DNA from: Felis catus
Lineage: Eukaryota
Length of the DNA: 64,000 bases
Direction: 5' to 3'
Assembly (NCBI RefSeq): GCF_018350175.1
Contig: NC_058380.1
Location: 11,222,001 to 11,286,000, forward strand
Shown piece after piece: positions 11,341-22,926 of the stretch; position 1 is the first letter of the stretch; every line of letters begins with the position of its first letter. The notes below the pieces were generated by a model. That model did not search any database, was not told the origin of the DNA, and saw only the letters and a list, made by a program, of their open reading frames with translations. Position numbers and translations under genes: made by a program.

Positions 11341-11562
11341 TGGGGCGCCTGGGTGGCTCAGTCGGTTAAGCACCCGGCTTCGGCTCAGATCGCGATCTCG
11401 CGGTTCCTGGGTTCGAACCCCACGTCGGGCTCTGTGCTGCCAGCTCAGAGCCTGCAGTCTGCGTCAGATTCTGTGTCTCCCCCTCTCTCTGCCTCTCCCC
11501 TGATGGCGCTCTGTCTCTTTCTCTCAAAAATAAATAAAGGCATTAAAAAAATTTTTAAAAAA
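11341..11562 (+). mobile_element. Can-SINE with TSD TAGAATATGG
   Basis: Full-length SINE; tagaatatgg at 11330-11339 and 11563-11572. Confidence 0.97.
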
Positions 11563-11619
11563 TAGAATATGGCTGGCTGTCACTTCTGAAATTAGGTTGC
11601 AAAAGATGGTAACTTCATC

Positions 11620-11835
11620 TTTTTTTTTTTTTAATGTTTATTTATTTCTGAGACAGAGAGAGACAGAGCAGGAGCGGGGGAGGGGCAGAGAGAGAGGGAG
11701 ACACAGAATCCGAAGCAGGCTCCGGGCTCTGAGCTGTCAGCACAGAGCCTGATGTGGGGCTCAAACTCACGAGCTGTGAGATCATGACCTGAGCTGAAGT
11801 CAGTCACGCAACCGACTGAGCCACCAAGGCTCCCC
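11620..11835 (-). mobile_element. Can-SINE
   Basis: T-tail, GA tract, gacacagaatccgaagcaggctcc core, head at 11835. Confidence 0.97.
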
Positions 11836-13352
11836 ACTAGCTTTGTCTTGCTAGCAGACTTTCTATTGTCCTCATGGCTTATACCCTTTGAAGAAGGGCA
11901 TGGCTCTATTGGAGAGGCCCGTATGACGAGGAACTGAGGGCAGCTTGTGGCCAACAGTCAGGGAGAAACTGCATCCTGCCGACGATCGTGGGAACTTGAA
12001 ATCAAATCCTTGCCCAGCTGAGCCTTGAGATGACTATATCCTAAGTAACACCTAGTGGGAGAGGCCGCAAAGCTAAGGACCCAGCTGTGTCACACCCAGC
12101 TTCCTGCCCCACAGAAACTGTGAGATGATAAGCGTGTGTTGTTTTAAGTTGCTGAGTTTTGTGGCAATTTGTTAGGCAGCAATATATAACTAAGACAGCT
12201 CTTTGGGACTTGGAGACCAAAGGGGACAAGCGGGGTTAAGTGTTTACACGGTGTCTGCACACAGAACCCAGCCCGTGAACGTAGGCTGTGATCACGCTCA
12301 CCGTTTTTGTTAACATCATCAATACTGTGATTATTGGTGGTGAAATTGGGTAGGAAGGGGCAAGATCCAGGAGACAGCAGGAGGAGGAAAGGAGTCACTT
12401 ACTTGGTCGAAAATAAAGGGCACGATCTTGGGCTCAGAAGAGTTGAGGAGTTTCTCTGCGGGGAGGTGGGGCATCAAGAAGAAAGACCAGGAGTATCTGT
12501 AGTTTGTGAAGAAAGTAGAGAGAAAGAGAAAAACGTCAATATGGAAACATGAAGCATTGCTGGGGACCATGTGTCTCCCTCACGACGGTTGAGACATCCT
12601 CCCGTAAGCTTTAGGCGGAAGTTATTTTTGTCTATTTGCGTTTACTATTATTAAAGATATAAATTATTAAATTATATATATACATATATAGAATCACCGT
12701 AATATATATATTTATATATATATAAAAAAACTGTGATTCTGCTTCAGTTCCGAACCACATGCATGACTGCTCTCTGAGCATTATTCTCCTTTAATACCTC
12801 AAAAATGGTGACGGTGAAATACCACAGACATTGAGAGAAAGCACCCTGGTCTCCGTCAGTCTGGAAGATGCAGAACCTCAAGCAGGAGGGAGGTTGTGAT
12901 GACAGAAGAGAAAACACAGGCCGAATCCTCAGGGCTGCAGAGAATTTGTAAAAATCCAATAAAGAGACAGCCCAATACCAAAACATCACCTGAAAGATTC
13001 AGTTTCAGGAGCTCTCTGAGCCTCTGGCTGGCTTCCTTATGCTCTGTCCTGTCTCCTAGGTCTGCTTTGACCTCCCAGGCCAATGTTCCTGATCTTGTCC
13101 ACCTTGCCAATCACCCAGCACTAAGTGTGAGAAGGAGGGGCCAAAAATATCGACTCCATTTAAAGGGAGAGAGACTGAGACACAGATTTCTGAGTCACCC
13201 GAGTGGATACAGACGGCTTGGGACTGATGGGAAGAAGAATACACCAGAGGAATATGGGTAGAAGCCCATCTCTGTTAGAGAGATGTTCTGGGACCCAGTA
13301 GAAGCCAAGCCATAGTCCTCCTGTCCCGAGTCCCCTTCAAGAGATCCATCCA

Positions 13353-13469
13353 GGGAGCGCCTGGGTGGCTCAGCCAGTTACGCGTCTGACTCTTGATTTC
13401 GGCTCAGGCCATGATCTCACGGTTGTGGGATCAAGCCCTGTGTCAGGCTCCACGCTGAGCCTGCTTAAG

Positions 13470-13518
<49 letters not shown>

Positions 13519-13520
13519 AA
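13353..13520 (+). mobile_element. Older Can-SINE variant with long (CT)n tail
   Basis: Head gagcgcctgggtggctcag, (CT)~22; TSD gagatccatc at 13341-13350 and 13522-13531. Confidence 0.93.
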
Positions 13521-14886
13521 GGAGATCCATCTAGAAAATGTCTTGCTTTTAAACCAGTTTATTTATTCATTATTATAATTCTTAAAAATTCACTCGTCAG
13601 CAAAAGCTCCTGACTTGGCAATGGACAGTAAGACGTTATTTGGCCGCCAGCCAAACCATCTTAAAACATAATCACTCTTTCAACACTGTTCCTTTGAGCA
13701 TGACTGACCCATGAGCACTTCTGAACATTGAGTGCAGCTGAGGTCCAAGCGCCGTTTTGCCTCCCATGTCAGAGCCCCCTGAACCCTCACCCTTCTTTCG
13801 GACTCTCCTGTGTAATCTGTAGATTTTGTGCAGCTTCTAACAGCTCTCTGCACTCCGGCCTTGGTTTACCGTGCACATGGGCCAGCGCCCTTCTCTCAAA
13901 AACAGGAAAATTGTATTGTTTTGGATGAGAGGCTAATGGGGACTTTGGAAGGAAGCTAGCTAAGGGTGTGTAGGAGCTGCTGCACAGGAGGGGTCAAGAG
14001 CTGGGGGAGAGTGGCCAGATTTCAGAAGGTCACTTTGGTTTAGGAAGTGAAGCTTTGTGGGAGGGGGGAAAGGTGAGCATATGCGTAGCCAGCCATGTCA
14101 GCCCGGTCCGATTTCATGGTGGTGATTACTGAGTGATTTCTGGATTAGCCTTTCACACGTGCAGGTTCATTGAGCACTGGCCACTTCCTTCTCCTTGTTT
14201 TCTTTGCTTTTGAAACTTTTGCCCCACCTCTCTTTTTCCCCTCACTCACTCAGGAAGATTTGCATGCAGACATTTTTAGGTTGGCAGGGAACGACAGCTT
14301 CTCAGAAAATGTGTGGCACCGTGCGGTAAGGGGATATTAGACCGAGGCACAAGGCTCGCGTTCACCTTGGGATGAAGCTAGTGAGCACGAAGGACAGAGA
14401 ATGCCCAGCAAGGCCAGGACCGGTGAGACCTGTGAGTTATTCGTTTAGGGTACAAAACTTCTGGGGTGCCAAAACGCATAGGAATCAAGATAAATCGTAT
14501 TCTTGAACAGTATTTTAAAAACTCAAATTGACAAACTGTGACCCATGAGCTGGCCACCTGTTTCTCTGAATGAAGTTTTGGTGAGGAAATTGAGTCATGT
14601 CTATGGACCAAGGAAGAAGACAAATTCTGTTCTAGAAAGAGCTCAGCTTCCAACTTAATCCAGAAATAAGCCAGAAAAGATTTATTTCCTTTGTGGAGCT
14701 GTGGAAAACTGAAAAGAGACCCTACTTCTGTGACCATTTTGAATCAGGGCAGAAGGCGAAGGCAGGGCAGAATTGGACAGCCTGCTTTTACACCAGTTGG
14801 CATGATGGTCAACTACTTGCAAATATAATGCGGGTTCTGTGTCCCACCTTACGAAATTCTCTTTCATGTTGATCTTCTCTTGAAAA

Positions 14887-15106
14887 TTTTTTAATGTCTA
14901 TTTATTTTGAGAGAGAGAGAGAGAGAGAGAAGAGACTGAGTGTGAGCAGGGGAGGGGCAGAGAGAGAGGGAGACACAGAATCCGAAGCAGGCTCCAGGCT
15001 CTGAGCTGTCAGCACAGAGCCCCGTGCGGGGCTCAAACTCACGAACCGTGAGATCACGACCTGAGCCAAAGTCGGACGCTTAACCGACTGAGCCACCAGA
15101 TGCCCC
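14887..15106 (-). mobile_element. Can-SINE
   Basis: Full-length; tgatcttct at 14870-14878 and 15108-15116. Confidence 0.96.
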
Positions 15107-15349
15107 GTGATCTTCTTTTGCAAACAGTGACAACCCAGCAGCCATGAGCATCCACGGTACTCTGATTATTGTCTCTATGTACCATCCCACCAAATAACCC
15201 AACTATGTTGGGAGAAGTGGCTGATTCTGGGGCTCAGGCAGAAGCTCCAGGAGATGTAATGTTAAAGTGGAAAGCAGGGAAGTGAACGAACACTCCAAGA
15301 GTTATGCCTAATGGGTATGGGAGCCCCCCTGAAGAGGTCTCTGCTAGCT

Positions 15350-15542
15350 CAGGGTTTCTTATCCTCAGAACTATTTACATTTGGAGCCAAAAAATCCTCT
15401 GCAACAGGGACTCTTCTGTGCATCATGCAGTGTTTAGTGGTAACCCTACCCACTAGATATCCAGTCATGGAAATCAGCAATATCTACAGACACTGCTAAA
15501 TGTCCCCTGGGGATCAAAACTGCCCCTGGCTGAGAACGATTG
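15350..15542 (-). mobile_element. MER20 (hAT-Charlie MITE), near full length
   Basis: cagggtttct...ctacccactagat...aaatgtcccctgggg...ggctgagaacgattg matches the reverse complement of MER20, including both TIRs. Confidence 0.85.
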
Positions 15543-16231
15543 CACTAGCCCAAGATGGGACGATCTGAGCACCAAAATTTCAGAAACGGAAGTTAATTGA
15601 AACACAATACATAAAAATCCACAAGTTTATAATATCTCTTCAGTACTGAACAACAATCACCTCTGATTTTTGTCATGTCGTCCTATCTATTCTCTTTGTT
15701 CCTTCCCTTACAAACTCTTTAGATAGATGTGGGAGCTTCTGGAAATTTCTTTATCCCTGCCTTGTGTTCTGGAAGCGTCCCTTAGCCAAATGTTCCGGCT
15801 CATTAATTTAATATTCATCTGTGCCCGTTTAGATACTCAGCTCAATTTTTAAGGAATGGTGATTATATTTTTAATAATCCAGAAGTCTGATTATCTCTTT
15901 CACATGGCTGCTTTTCTGTTTTATGGCTGCAATAATCATCCCAGCGAATAAAGTGCTGATGATCGGGGCCAGCTTTTAGGGTGTGCAGGTAGATGATCTT
16001 GGGGTGGGAGGTTCCTCTCTACAGCATACGAGATCTGGAAACCTCTCATATCAGAAGCATCTAGTGCTTTCCTCTTCTTGTCACCTCTTCCCACCCTGCT
16101 CCTATTGTCGTATATGTAGATTTATCAAGTTCTACTCTAATTCTATGTCCAGCGTCAGCCCTTCTGATAGGCTAGCCCCAAGGTTCTCTTCCTTCCTTCC
16201 ATTCCTTCCTTTTCTTCCTTTCCTTTCTTAC

Positions 16232-16453
16232 TTTAAAAAAATTTTTTTCCATTTATTTATTTTTTGAGAGACATAGAGAGACAGAGCACAAGTTGGGGAG
16301 GGGCACGGAGAGAAGGAGACACAGAATCCGAAGCAGGCTCCAGGCTCCAAGCTGTCAGCACAGAGCCCGGTGTGGGGCTCGAACTCACAGACCGTGAGGT
16401 CACGACCTGAGCCGAAGTCGGCCGCTTAACCGACTGAGCCACTCAGGTGCCCC
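16232..16453 (-). mobile_element. Can-SINE
   Basis: Full-length; flanks share cttacttt. Confidence 0.95.
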
Positions 16454-16464
16454 GTTTCCTTACT

Positions 16465-16502
16465 TTTTTAGAGAGAGAATGCACAGGCAGGGGAGAAGGG
16501 CA

Positions 16503-16550
<48 letters not shown>

Positions 16551-16669
16551 CCCAAGCAGGCTCCACACTCATCTTGAAACCTAACATGGAGCTCGACCCC
16601 ATGATCCTGGGATGGTGAACTGAGCCAAAATCAAGAGTCACTCAACCAACTGAACCACCCAGGCACCCC
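16465..16669 (-). mobile_element. Older Can-SINE with (GA)n tract, tandem to previous SINE
   Basis: (GA)~21, aatcccaagcaggctccacac, gagccaaaatcaagagtc, head ccacccaggcacccc. Confidence 0.92.
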
Positions 16670-18085
16670 CAGGCTCACTGTCTAAAACAGTTACAAGGCT
16701 TTAACGTGGAAGCAAACACCCTGTTGTCAGAACGTCAGCATATGAAGGACATGGGCGGGTCATGACCGGCTCCTGAGTTCATAATGCAATCTTTTAATTT
16801 ACTGACCAGATTATGATTGACAAAGACCCACCCTACATGCTACAGGTTAACCTTGATCTTGACGTTCCTCCAGTTAGTGTACAAATAGCTCTTACCTTTG
16901 CGGTATCCTTTGACTGGCTTTTAAAAAAGTTTTTATTGCTCTGTCAATCCAATTTTCTTCATTTCATTTTCTAGGAAATCCTCACATTTTCTGATCTTCC
17001 ATTCTAACTTTTCTTGTGTGACGTTTCAGTAGAATCTGGGGAGGGACAAAAAGCATACAGATGTTCTCAGCCTGCCAATCTGACCCTACCGTTTTTCGGA
17101 GTATACGATGACGCGAGTGGGCATTATTTACACAATTAGGATAAAACCATATATGTGATTTTGTATTTCACTGTCTTCACTAGAACAACATGTGCTTTTT
17201 GAAAACATTATTTTTATGATTGCACACCCAAGGATGAGCCTTTACAGACCATCCAGTTGGAGTATAATTACTAATTTTCTTTTATTTCTTCAGCACTGAA
17301 TAATAAGGTCCTTGAGGACAGAGAAATATGTCATCCTGAAGACTAACTAAAATGTGTGCCATGTGGCAGCTCGATAAGTTCTCCTGACTCACTCTGACTT
17401 TTTTTTTTCAGCTGAGTAATCAGAATCAAGGCAAAGACTTGGGATAGGAGATGGAGGGGCACGCAGGAAAGAAGGTTCATTTGGGAGCAGAGAAGACCAA
17501 TATAGGCATTCCTGTCTTCTGACTTGATTTCCCCTCTTCTACTTTTTGGGGCTATTGCAGAAGTGGATCCTTAGTCGGGCTGGGAAATACGGATGTTCAT
17601 ATTTTCCTTCCTCTTATTAAAGCCCTAGAAATAGGAAGGTGCCCTTGGCACACCACGTTTCTTTCGGCACACATCAAAATACGTATAAAGTATTTCAGAG
17701 GGGATGTGTTTCTACATTACAGGTGTATGAAAAAGTCTAAAGATGGTGTTCATCTACCCAGGTTGCTATTTACTGCCTCCGAAGGATGAGTCATTCTCTG
17801 TTTACACTGAGGGACTGAAGTTATGTCTGTCTGCAGCCAGCAGTGTAACCAAGTCGTGGAGATGCCATGACAGTAACTGTAAGCTATCCTGGGATTGTGA
17901 CGTGCACAGTGTTAGAAACCTTTATTTCAGTGTATTGGGATGAATAGTTCAGTACGCTTGACCAAGTGTTGGAAATCAAGATTAAAAAGCAAAAGGCAAC
18001 AATTACTCTGGGTTCATCGTCAAACCCCAGATGATTTTTCAAACTTTATAAATATAAAGTTTGATTTATATTTCCCATTTCCTAT

Positions 18086-18086
<1 letters not shown>

Positions 18087-18135
<49 letters not shown>

Positions 18136-18146
18136 ACACACACACA
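18087..18146. repeat. (CA)n microsatellite
   Basis: About 30 CA units with one TA interruption. Confidence 0.98.
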
Positions 18147-18534
18147 AAACCTGGAAGACAAATCCAGGGTCTTATTTTTTTTCCTCTTTCTTTTTGTCAG
18201 TGCCTCTATTTCTTTAAAATGAGTCACTGGTGTGTAGCACGGGGGAAAAATGAATAATTCCTTAAAAATAGTCCTATTTTCCAATGAGAAGCTGAGATTT
18301 AGACAGAAATTACTATCTCAAAACATAGAGTAGTCTCACCGGCTTTTAAAAACAGTCAATAAGGACCCAAATTCGTTCATATTTTGAAAGATGTATGGAA
18401 GAAGGACAGAAGGGACATTTTGCCACTGACCCGCAGGACGGGAATAATTCAGGTGAAATTGAAATCTGTATGATTTCTCACATTTCTTGCATTTCACATG
18501 GTCTGACTTGAAAAACTTATCTAAAAAAAACTGT

Positions 18535-18740
18535 CATTATCACGTATTGAGTTCCGTGTGCCAGGCACCATTGGTTTGCTTTCTTTAATTCTCACAACAC
18601 TGCGAGATAAATATAAGCTCCAACTGGGACTGGAGGATGCTGAGTTCTGGGAGGACTAGCGACCGAGGTCACTTACAGCCAGTCGGCAAACCGACGGCTA
18701 ACTATCCAGTCTTCATCTGACCTCACAGTGCCTCTCTTGA
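18535..18740 (-). mobile_element. MIR
   Basis: tattgag...gtgccaggcacc...tttaattctcacaacactgcgag...gaggtcac pattern. Confidence 0.65.
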
Positions 18741-18867
18741 CAGCTGACTTTAAGGCTGGCAATTTTACTTGATTAGCTTACAACAGATAAAATTACTAAT
18801 TGCTGTTTCCAGTGGATGTAAGAAAATTATAGACTTGCAGTATTTCTTGATCGCCTACCGTTTACAA

Positions 18868-19257
18868 ATATCTCACTCGGGACGGGCTAGGCTTTGCTTC
18901 AGAGCAACCAACCCTAGATGTCAGTGAGTTTAAATAACAAAAGTGCATTTCTTCGTTCACTCAACACATCCATCATGGGTCAGCTGGGGCTCTGTTATAA
19001 GTTGACACTACCCCAGCCGAGGGAGGAGCTATTGTCCAGAACATTAATGGTCACAATGGCCAAGAGAAAAGACCACACTGATTGTGATTAGAATTTCGGC
19101 CCAGAAGCGTCACGCACCATTTTACGTACGATTCATTGGTGGTGATTGGCTACATGTCCCTAATCAACCATAGGGGTCCAAGAAATGCAAACCGGTCAGG
19201 CCCAGAAGATTCTAATAGGCAGAAATATTTGGTGAGCAACACTAACTGTGTCTCACC
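18868..19257. mobile_element. MaLR solo LTR (MLT1L/J-like)
   Basis: catttcttcgttcactc...catgggtcagctggggctctg...ggcccagaagcgtcacgc...gaaatatttggtgagcaacactaa resembles old MLT1 consensus. Confidence 0.65.
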
Positions 19258-20702
19258 GGGCACGCAGCTAGGTGCTGGGGGGGGGAACACAAAACATAAG
19301 ATGTGCTCTTTGTTCTTAGCTTACCGTTGAGGCATGGGGGGTGGGGGGAAGGGAACCGTAATGCAGAGAAGCGTAAGGGCCAGAGTAGTTGGAGCATCAT
19401 GTTAGAGGAATACAGAGGAAAGAGTTCATTTCTCATCGATTTAATTTCACCGTTAATTTTAAATGGCAAGAGCCCAGAAGCCTTTGTAGAGAAGAATACA
19501 GATGAGTTTCATAGTTTGAAGGATTGCAGGATTTTAGGGAGAAAACTACCGCCACCAAGGGAACCGCGGGAAAGGGGTGGGCGTGTTCAAGCAAAGATGG
19601 GTACACCGGCGGGAGAGCGAGGCCGGTGGGTAAGACAAGCGATGAAGTCAAAGAAAGCAAAAGCCATTTGGAGGCAGATCTCGGAAGGGTCCGTGCCATA
19701 TAAAGAAAGAGTGCCTCTACATTGAAGCTGCTGTATCTTATCAGAACTCTGTCGAGGACATTTCGGACGAATCCATGTTGTCTCAAATGTATTACTATAG
19801 TGACGCAGTCACCGTTCTTAGAAGGGTACATTCTCGTGCCCGTTTGAGTCAAATCACAAGATCATCAGAGCAGAGCCCCTGGTACGTAACAGGTGCCCAA
19901 TAACCGGACGGATGAATGAGCAGGAAGAAACCTGAGAAAGACATTCTGCGTGTATCCTTTGAGAGCTGGTCAACTACTGAGTGTCCGCACCTAATTTTGT
20001 TTTTTTTTTAAAAGAAAGAACAAAAATTCCCGAATAGAGCCGCTTGCGTGAAGCCTCCGTAAGATGTCCTCCAATTCTGCATGTTTAATGCGTTCCCTGT
20101 CTTCCTTTCTTCAGCCGCAGGTTATGTTACTTCTTAACGTTACCTTTTAGGTTCGATCCTCCAATTCTGTAACCAAATTTGTCTTTTCTCCGAAATTTTT
20201 CTAGGCTCTCTGGGCGTCTCAGAATCTCAGAGCCTCCAACTCTGGACGCAACTTGCTACACGAGACGCTGCCCCCTATAGACTCGCCGAAAGGAGCTCTA
20301 CTAAGAAATAAACCAAATTTAAAAAACAAACGACCCCCTCCAACCCTGCCTAGGGCTTTTAAAGAATACAGAACTTTCCAGCAGCCAAGTGGCATTGTCA
20401 GCGGTGGGCTAGGATTTTACACCTCGTAGGAACCGAACGGGGATGTGCGGGGATCTGAGGGAATAATATTAATGGCTTGAGTTGGTCCCAGATGGAAGCT
20501 CGCTGTGTTTATACCAAAACGCTGCTCTGCTTCCTTATGCGGAAGATAGAGGCTCTGTTGAGTCGTTTAAGCAAAACCTTGCAGAGCACGCGTGGCCGTC
20601 TGGGATTTGCAACAGAAGAAGAAGCCAGTGGGAGAAGGAAGGGAGAGAGAGCCAGGCCACGGGAGGCAATGTGGTAGACACTATGAGCGTCTCCGGGTGT
20701 CT

Positions 20703-20864
20703 CAGCGCTTCCCAAACTGCTGGTCCGGGCAAGCCACCTGCATTCTCCAGAACGTGCAGGTTCTGATAAGGCAGGTCTGGGGCTTGGCTTGCAATTCTTC
20801 ATCTCTAACAAGCTCCCAGGTGACGCCAATGTTGCTGGCCCCTGAACCACACTTTAAGTAGCAA
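20703..20864 (-). mobile_element. MER5A
   Basis: aggtctgggg...ctaacaagctcccaggtgacgccaatgttgctggcccctgaaccacacttt. Confidence 0.75.
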
Positions 20865-20959
20865 GGAGTCAGGGTAACTGCCTCACCTATCCTCTTCCTT
20901 TGTCGAACCCTAAAGGTCAGGTGCTTACCTGCACGGGGTTCGGGGAGAGTAACTCCTGC

Positions 20960-21270
20960 TCGGTCCCACCGGGCGAGCATGTTAATCAGCCCAAGCCCAT
21001 CATGGTAATTCTACTCCCTTTGCCAGTGATTGGCTCGGCACGGGCCATGTGACCCATCTTGGTCAAGGAGATAAAAGGAAAACCGTCGGGGGTGGGGAGA
21101 AAGACATGTTTAGAAAGCCCTTTTTTTTCCCCCTTCTTTTCTTTTCTTTTCTTTTCTTTTTGTTCTGATAAAGCTTCCCAGGATGGCTGTTTGCCACTTC
21201 CTGGTTTTGGAGCTTCCCCGGTGAGGATGGGATTCTTGGAGCTTCTGTGCTTAGTCTACAAGTTTAAGGA
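20960..21270. mobile_element. Old ERVL/MaLR LTR fragment
   Basis: gtgattggctcggcacgggccatgtgacccatcttggtcaa motif typical of MLT1/LTR16/LTR33-class LTRs. Confidence 0.45.
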
Positions 21271-21639
21271 GAGAGCTCCTTGGCCCCTTCCCCCTACCTC
21301 TCCATTAGATCCTGTCTTTGTTAGCACCTACCCTCATTGAGTCTTCAACCATAGAATCCCATGGGGAGCTATTTTGGACCCTCTTTTCATCTCTCATTCT
21401 CCGCGTTAGAGTTTTCAAACTGTGGGTAGCAACTCACCAGCAGGTCATGAAATCACCACAGCAGGTTGTGCCCAGCACTGGGACAAAGAACAGAGTATCC
21501 CTGAACGTTCCCCGTGGTAGAGGTAAGATTTGGTCAGGTTCATTTTCGTTGGTGACGTATGCGGGATAGAAAATGTATTTCTTATTCTAGGGCCTCCTCG
21601 AACGTTGAGAACTACAGGTTTTTGCACTCTCGTTCATTG

Positions 21640-22620
21640 CTAGGATTCTCAAACCTCTCTCTCTACTTCCGTTTCTACCTGCATGTGTTTCTCGGTTCCA
21701 AACCTCTGTCTTCACCCACCCGCTCACCATGTGCAGTCGGAAAGCTCAGCAATCCACATCGCGAGCTCAGCTCAGCATTTTCCCTTTCAGGCCTGCACCG
21801 TGCTCCCTCACCACCCACTCCACCCCTCCTCCTCGCTGCTCGTGTGTTAGGAAAGGGCACTACCATCACCCCCGCCTAGTCCAACTGAATCCTGGGAGTC
21901 CTTCTTGGCCCTTCACGCCCAACATACTCCCTTTACGAACTTGGTTTATTTCACTCCCGTGCCTCTTTCAACAAGGTCTCTTTCAGATACCTTTCGCCTC
22001 TCCCCATGAGTGCCACCCTTCTGATCCCAAGCGCTGTCTTCTTGCTTCCTAACTCAACCTCTCCACGTCTTGTCTCACCCCTTGGCAATCCGTTCTCATG
22101 CTGCGGCCAGAGGGACCAACTAACCGTGGCACCTTGCTATGAAATCGAAGGGTGAAGCCACCAATCAATAAACTGGCTGGGAAGGAAGTCCATAACTGGT
22201 TTCTCACCATCTCCTCTGTCTGGTCCTCACACGTGCCATCAGGGGCTCTCGCAGCCTTTCGAATGTTCTGTATTGCCTCACGTTTGGGCCCCTGGAGGTT
22301 CTTTTCCTCCCAGGAGCTCTCTTTTGCCATCATCTCTTAATACATCAAACCTTCCTTGCTTGTTGAAATCTCAGATGGCTATAAACTCTTCAGGAAAGCC
22401 TTCCTTGGCTCCTAAATAAGATTGGGGCATTCCAGCATAAAGCACAGCATAATTGGAATTATTTACTCATCGTGAAGTCTTTTTCCCTATGACTATATAC
22501 ACTTGATCCAGGCAAGGACCGCATCTGCTCTGTCTCTGCCCTGGAACCATAGCACAAAGCCCAGAGGCTGATACATGGCAGTGGTTCTTTCCTTTTTAAA
22601 TAGATAAAAGCGTTTAAGAC
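21640..22620 (+). mobile_element. Degraded L2 fragments
   Basis: aaagggcactaccatc...gaatcctgggagtccttctt and 3'-end-like caggaaagccttccttg...ggcaaggaccgcatctg; discontinuous. Confidence 0.45.
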
Positions 22621-22734
22621 CGTTCTTGGATTAATTATGACGACCAGTTGTGAATCATTTTTACAGAGCAGCCAATGGCCTGAAAGTGGTATGTGGCCAG
22701 TTGAAATATCCTGGGAGGTTTACACCTGGTTTTT

Positions 22735-22926
22735 TTGTGTTTTCAGTTTATCTTGAGAGAGAGCAAGAACATGAGCAGGGGAAGGGCAGAGAGACAGGGA
22801 GAGAGAAAATCCTAAGCAGGCTCCATACTGTCAGCACATAGCCCAATGCAGGGCTCCAACCATGAGATCGTGACCTGGAGCCATGGAGCCATGGAGCCCA
22901 ATGCAGGGCTCCAACCATGAGATCGT
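22735..22926 (-). mobile_element. Head-less Can-SINE with internal duplication
   Basis: Tail and body present (gagagagaaaatcctaagcaggctcc...) but the 5' tRNA head is missing and replaced by duplicated sequence. Confidence 0.85.

Larger units (their letters stand above)
11209..12197 (+). mobile_element. MaLR solo LTR (MLT1E/F-like), interrupted by two SINEs
   Basis: 5' aagatggcccc...ccccttgagtgtggg and 3' cacagaaactgtgagatgataag...gttttaagttgctgagttttgtggcaatttgtt...aactaagaca are MLT1 hallmarks. Confidence 0.8.

Noticed and set aside
12896-13261. 121-aa ORF considered as a processed pseudogene
   Set aside because: No recognisable protein similarity, poly(A) tail or TSD.
9700-13300. Ortholog of the human divergent lncRNA upstream of TMEM252
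   Set aside because: Known only from recollection of human annotation; I cannot define exons or transcription from this sequence.
20268-20282. CTCF-like motif (minus TCTATAGGGGGCAG)
   Set aside because: Three mismatches in the 5' part of the core; too weak to call.
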